DNA of 18,630 nucleotides, taken from a bacterium (GTDB lineage Bacteria; Hydrothermota; 32-111). This document shows positions 14,130-18,630 of the stretch, in pieces (the first letter of the stretch is position 1; every line of letters starts with the position of its first letter). The translations under genes were made by a program, and so were the position numbers. The stretch spans positions 1 to 18,630 of the forward strand of contig JAWOBN010000105.1 of the NCBI GenBank assembly GCA_046484245.1. The letters run 5' to 3'. The notes beneath the pieces are model-generated. The model saw nothing but the letters and a program-made list of their open reading frames with translations. It was not told the origin of the DNA and did no database searches.

Positions 14130-15842
14130 ATGAATTATAACTTATATGTCAAAACAATTGCACCCCGGAAGTCGCATGTGAACCCAAAGACACTTGACTC
14201 TATTTCATCAAAGACAGGATTGGGCAGTATGCATGTTGTACAGAGATTCATAGGGGAGGGCTTTGCATCTCTTGTGCATTCCTCTGACAAGGAGAGGGTT
14301 GAGGATATGAAGAACGGACTTGAAGCCATTGACATTAAGTCATTTATAATAGATGAAGACGAGAAGAAAAGGATGCACTCTATTATTGCAGAGGCTGTTT
14401 CTCTTAAAGAGTATGAAGACGGGATATCCTTTAAAACAAACCGGGGCAGCATTAAACTTCAAAAGCAGGACAATGTACTTGTAATAGCAGGCATTAATGA
14501 GAAGAAAGCGAGGAACAATACATTCAAATCACTCTTTCTTGATCGTAATGTATTGATTTATCTATATTTCTCCAATCAGAGCACAATAGTAAAATTGCCG
14601 GTGAAAAAAATGGACCTCAGTTCAGTCAGGGGAGCTGACAGATTCTCCAAGACAGTCAATGTAAAAAAACTGCTGGATAATATCAGAGAAAGTGCAGTGT
14701 CATATAATGAAGATTTCAATTATTCACTCAATTACATTCCTGGCATTTCAAATTCAATTGATGATTATGCAGCAACAGCATCAATGCTTTTTTCAGACGG
14801 TTTCTATTCATATCAATACCCTTCCGGAATATTTACTGAAGAGACTGAAGATGAGAGTGAAGCATTTTCCTATGATTATCATTATGATGTATATCCCCCT
14901 CATAAGCGTTTCTTCAAAAAGAAACTGGTCTCAGTCAATTCCATGCGTCTTATTGTCCTGACACCTCTTATTGTGAATATTGCAGTACTGTTTCTTATTG
15001 ATGATATACTGACTCCCCGCATTGCGGGAATTGCCGGTATTGTCATTACTCTTTACTACCTGTTCTTTTTCTTCAAGTATCTGAAATTCAGGATGTTCAT
15101 TGAAGAGATACCCACTTCATCCATTGAATCCGTCAGTATTGGCCTGAGGGAACTGAAGGGCAGTATTATGGACAGGAATGCCATTCCCGCATTTGTCTCA
15201 GGCATGAAGTGTGTCTATTTCAGATTCTACAAATATAAATATGAGAAACATTATGAGAAGGGCAGGGAAAAGACAGGATGGAGACTGCAGCGTATAGGTG
15301 AATACATACCGGACAGATTCTATATTGAAGATAATGGATTTGCTATGGAGGTGGAGACACGCAAAGCTGTTTTGGATATCAGGAACAGGACCAAATACTC
15401 CAGTCCTCATTTCCTTGTCAATGCAGCAGTGAGGAACAAGGATGTGTATTATATTGAAGAGAGTCTCCCTGTGTATTCCAATGTGTATATCATGGGGACT
15501 GTCACTGACCGGGACAGCAGGAAGGCATTTGCGGATTTTCTCAAGAAGAGGAAGTATGACAGGGAGTATATGAAACAGTTTGATGCCAATAATGACGGTG
15601 AGATTGATATGTCTGAATGGGAGCATGCCAAAAGCCAAATTGAGAGTGAATACAGTGAGATCCGACTGAATAAGAAGCAGAATGAATTGCTCAAGATAGG
15701 TTATCATGAGGATGATGGTCTGCTCTTTATATCAGACAGGAGTGAAAAGGGTATTATCAGGAATATCAATATCTATCTGATTCTGATCATTCTTTCACTA
15801 TGTGTCAGTGTATTCACGATAATAAGGGGATTTGTATTATGA
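14130..15842 (+). CDS. LemA-associated membrane protein with a GIDE-like domain and an EF-hand loop
   Basis: After two TM helices comes IEEIPTSSIESVSIGLRELKG...SGMKCVYFRF...F.IED, typical of GIDE (PF12483)-like proteins. EF-hand DANNDGEIDMSE (15582-15617), FISDRSE, C-terminal TM helix. Confidence 0.72.
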   Translation: MNYNLYVKTIAPRKSHVNPKTLDSISSKTGLGSMHVVQRFIGEGFASLVHSSDKERVEDMKNGLEAIDIKSFIIDEDEKKRMHSIIAEAVSLKEYEDGISFKTNRGSIKLQKQDNVLVIAGINEKKARNNTFKSLFLDRNVLIYLYFSNQSTIVKLPVKKMDLSSVRGADRFSKTVNVKKLLDNIRESAVSYNEDFNYSLNYIPGISNSIDDYAATASMLFSDGFYSYQYPSGIFTEETEDESEAFSYDYHYDVYPPHKRFFKKKLVSVNSMRLIVLTPLIVNIAVLFLIDDILTPRIAGIAGIVITLYYLFFFFKYLKFRMFIEEIPTSSIESVSIGLRELKGSIMDRNAIPAFVSGMKCVYFRFYKYKYEKHYEKGREKTGWRLQRIGEYIPDRFYIEDNGFAMEVETRKAVLDIRNRTKYSSPHFLVNAAVRNKDVYYIEESLPVYSNVYIMGTVTDRDSRKAFADFLKKRKYDREYMKQFDANNDGEIDMSEWEHAKSQIESEYSEIRLNKKQNELLKIGYHEDDGLLFISDRSEKGIIRNINIYLILIILSLCVSVFTIIRGFVL

Positions 15843-16354
15843 TGCTTGTAATATTCATTGTTGTCGGTGTGGCAATCATATCGGGGATGATAACTATTTA
15901 CAATGTAATGGTATTTTCAAGGAACAGGGTCAGGCAGTCGCTTGCCAATATTGATGTGATATTGAAGCAGAGGAATGATGAACTGGACAATCTCGTCAGG
16001 GTTGTAAAGGGGTACAGCAGGTTTGAGAGGGATGTGCTGGAGAAGATTACAAAAATCAGGAGCGGATTTGACCCCTATCTTGATGTCAGGGATAAAGACC
16101 GTTTCAATAAGAATATTGAAACAACATATAAACAGCTCTTTGCTGTTGTGGAGAATTATCCTGACATTAAAGCAGACAGGCATTATTTGCGTCTGCAGCA
16201 GAGAATTACAGGACTGGAGAATCAGCTGGCAGACAGGAGAGAGTATTACAACTGGTCTGTAACCAATTATAATACCCGGCTTGAAACCTTCCCCTATTCA
16301 ATTATTGCAGGTATGTTTAATTTCCGGAAAGCAGAATTATTTAAATACTCGTAA
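15839..16354 (+). CDS. lemA: LemA family protein
   Basis: N-terminal TM; YN.MV..RN.V....ANIDV.LKQR.D...NLV..VKGY...E; AVVENYPDIKA; EN.LA..R.YYN..V..YN..LETFP...IA. Start at ATG 15839 via ATGA overlap. Confidence 0.93.
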   Translation: MMLVIFIVVGVAIISGMITIYNVMVFSRNRVRQSLANIDVILKQRNDELDNLVRVVKGYSRFERDVLEKITKIRSGFDPYLDVRDKDRFNKNIETTYKQLFAVVENYPDIKADRHYLRLQQRITGLENQLADRREYYNWSVTNYNTRLETFPYSIIAGMFNFRKAELFKYS

Positions 16355-16357
16355 ATC

Positions 16358-18568
16358 TCATAATTTATGGAAGATATCCGTTAATGCCGGATTATATGTT
16401 CCCCAGAATACATTGAATGACAGTCTCGGGTCATTAACATCAGTATTGATGTATTCAAGACCGATTTTTATATCACCGAGTACTCCCTCAGCTCCTGTGT
16501 ATAGTTCAGACCCGTAGATAATTCCGGGACTGCCGCTGTGGAATTTATTCTGGGACAGATAAGACATTGCTGATGTATGTATGTAAATAATATCACTGAT
16601 ATTATACCGGCTGTATAATGAAATACCCACTGTATAGTCGGAGAGCAGATAATCATCATATTTGTAGTAGAAGGAAGTGAGGGGGACTATCCTGAAGTAA
16701 TCCGCCTGCATCTCAGAGGGTTTTTCCACATACTGCTGGAGAAAATTGATCAAACCGAATTCTGCAGTGAGACCGGCTCCCATCTGCCTGCTGAATCTTA
16801 TGAAATTCTCATACCGGAAGTATGCCTTCATGAAGAGATTGTTTGCATGGAATCCGGAGAAATCCTCTTGGGATTGTATGCGGGGTATATTGAGAGACAT
16901 AATGGCTTTGAATTCATAACCCGAATTGTCATGAGACCGGGCGAGATAATCTGTTTTGAATATAAAGCCGCTGCTTACTTTCTCCATCTCCCTGTAGGGG
17001 TAATCGCTGTATTTATATCCCGAAAAGAGGCCTATGAATGACTGCCTTTCATAATTATTGCCCATAGCACATATAATATTGCTCTCACCGTAATAACCGT
17101 ATGTATTTTCCCAGACCGCATAGTATTTCTTTACGAGATAATTGAGTTTGATATAGGATGCAAACCTTGAAAAGAGGAGAGGGGGTGAATAGATATTGAC
17201 ATCAAGTCCCTTTAAATATTCACCGAGATAGGGGTATATATTCATTGAAACAGCGCGCGAGAAAAGATTGCTCAAGAATATCTCCCCGTAAATATTGGCT
17301 CCTGCATTATTGCTGTACAGTCCGCCCAGTCCCAGACGCATATTGCTCTTTGATGCCTCATTGATCTTTACGCTTATGGAACCTGAGACAGTATCCGGAA
17401 AGAATTCAAATGATAATTCATCAAAGAGCGCCATTGCTTTGAGCTGAATGACCTTTTCCTCAAATTCAGTAAAGTAGAATTTATCATTTCTGGACATCTT
17501 GATAATATTCCGTGTTAAAATCTGATAGAGTCTATTGTCTGTATCAATAATCAGTGTATCAATGGTCATGCCATTGTAATCAATTATACGGGGTGTATTA
17601 GTTTCCTGAATACCGCCATTATCCCTGAGATCGTATCCGGATTTAACGAGGTCCTTTTTGATTTTCGCCATATTCTTCATTGCTGCATCATAACCGATTT
17701 TGATGAACTCCTCTGCTTTTTCAAACTCAAACCCCCTGTAATCACTGATATCCGGCCTAATATAACATCCGTATTTGCTCATTGTGTCCGGATCAATATC
17801 AGCAGTTATGAAATCCATCAGTGAAAAGCCTATATCAAGCAGGCTGATGTTTTCAAGGTCCGTATGCTTGGATCTTGAAGATACATCAACTGATATAATA
17901 TAGTCAGCCTGCAGGGAATCCTTCAATGCCTTTACAGGAAGATTGTTATAAATACCGCCATCCATAAAGAGACGGCTGCTGTCCTTTACAGGCTTGAATA
18001 TGACAGGAAGCGACATACTGGATCTGATGGCTTTTGTCAGTTTGCCTGATGTGAAGATTATGAGTTCATTGTTGTAGATATCTGCAGCAGTGCAGAGGAA
18101 TGGTATGGGAAGGTTTCTGAAATCCCCGTTGATGGAATAATCAACAGGTGAAAAATATCTCTCTATTTCAAAATTTATCATCTTATCATCAAGTGTTGCC
18201 TGGGGAAGATTGAACTTGCCTGCCTGATAATCAATCTTAAGAAGCAGGTCCTGTTTGCCCAGGAGCATATACACAGGCAGGTCGGAATTCTTTGAATCAG
18301 CGAAGAACCAGCTTCTCACATCATTGTGTACGAATATGCTCTCTATCCGCGCTGCTGAATACCCGGCAGCATAGAATCCGCCTACTATGGCTCCAATACT
18401 TGTCCCGCCGATACAGTCAATAGGGATATTGTTCTCCTCCAGTGCCTTCAGTACACCGATATGAGCAAGACCCCTTGCTGAACCCCCGCCGAGTGCAAGC
18501 CCGACCCTCTGCCGGGCAGAAATAAGTAAGCTTATACAAATAATAATAAAAACAATGTATCTTTTCAT
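16358..18568 (-). CDS. Patatin-like phospholipase with probable POTRA and beta-barrel domains (PlpD / type Vd-like)
   Basis: Signal peptide; GGGSARG oxyanion loop, GTSIG nucleophile, DGG motif, AIRSSMSLP. Followed by a POTRA-like segment (LKAMALFDELSF) and a Tyr/Gly-rich beta-strand C-terminal region. Confidence 0.85.
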   Translation of the reverse strand: MKRYIVFIIICISLLISARQRVGLALGGGSARGLAHIGVLKALEENNIPIDCIGGTSIGAIVGGFYAAGYSAARIESIFVHNDVRSWFFADSKNSDLPVYMLLGKQDLLLKIDYQAGKFNLPQATLDDKMINFEIERYFSPVDYSINGDFRNLPIPFLCTAADIYNNELIIFTSGKLTKAIRSSMSLPVIFKPVKDSSRLFMDGGIYNNLPVKALKDSLQADYIISVDVSSRSKHTDLENISLLDIGFSLMDFITADIDPDTMSKYGCYIRPDISDYRGFEFEKAEEFIKIGYDAAMKNMAKIKKDLVKSGYDLRDNGGIQETNTPRIIDYNGMTIDTLIIDTDNRLYQILTRNIIKMSRNDKFYFTEFEEKVIQLKAMALFDELSFEFFPDTVSGSISVKINEASKSNMRLGLGGLYSNNAGANIYGEIFLSNLFSRAVSMNIYPYLGEYLKGLDVNIYSPPLLFSRFASYIKLNYLVKKYYAVWENTYGYYGESNIICAMGNNYERQSFIGLFSGYKYSDYPYREMEKVSSGFIFKTDYLARSHDNSGYEFKAIMSLNIPRIQSQEDFSGFHANNLFMKAYFRYENFIRFSRQMGAGLTAEFGLINFLQQYVEKPSEMQADYFRIVPLTSFYYKYDDYLLSDYTVGISLYSRYNISDIIYIHTSAMSYLSQNKFHSGSPGIIYGSELYTGAEGVLGDIKIGLEYINTDVNDPRLSFNVFWGTYNPALTDIFHKL

Positions 18569-18574
18569 AATTTT

Positions 18575-18602
18575 ACAATACCATAAAGTACATGAAATGC
18601 AA
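18575..18602 (-). promoter_or_regulatory. Sigma70-type promoter with extended -10, probably leaderless, for the patatin gene
   Basis: TTGCAT (18602-18597), 16 nt, TGG-TATTGT (-10 at 18580-18575), 6 nt, then ATG 18568. No SD. Confidence 0.45.
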
Positions 18603-18630
18603 GATATTCACTGCGATTGTATTCACAGCC

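Noticed and set aside
15198..15707. 169-aa antisense ORF within the GIDE-like gene, and similar short ORFs within neuC, lemA, mazG and patatin
   Set aside because: Fully nested within well-supported genes, with no independent coding signals.
1..18630. CRISPR arrays, tRNA/rRNA genes, IS elements, integrases, tandem repeat arrays
   Set aside because: No regularly spaced direct repeats, cloverleaf/T-arm consensus or transposase/recombinase motifs were seen in the intergenic regions or ORFs.

Overview
An 18.6 kb AT-rich, gene-dense bacterial chromosome segment, probably from a diderm because it encodes lipoproteins, an outer-membrane beta-barrel and a patatin-POTRA-barrel protein. I cannot assign the taxon from the sequence alone. 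In order it contains: the 5' end of a lipoprotein gene, a small membrane-anchored PH-like protein, an OM beta-barrel protein, a DUF3494 ice-binding-like lipoprotein with its own promoter, structured leader and terminator, then a probable operon valS - two tandem LPG-synthase-TM (flippase-like) genes - iscS/nifS - iscU/nifU - mazG. After that come two hypothetical membrane proteins, a 42-aa small membrane protein missing from the ORF track, an M23 peptidase, an orphan neuC-like epimerase, a thioredoxin-fold lipoprotein with SxxS instead of CxxC, a structured intergenic RNA candidate, a GIDE/EF-hand membrane protein coupled to lemA, and a patatin-like (PlpD-type) phospholipase. I saw no rRNA, tRNA, CRISPR array, integrase or transposase. 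The most notable observations are: a three-way-junction RNA candidate carrying hammerhead-like GAAA/CUGAUGA words plus a competing hairpin; an IscU with Cys->Asp and His->Glu ligand changes; five apparently leaderless genes; the unannotated small protein; and the ice-binding lipoprotein cassette. All functional calls come from motif recognition by eye; no database search was run.
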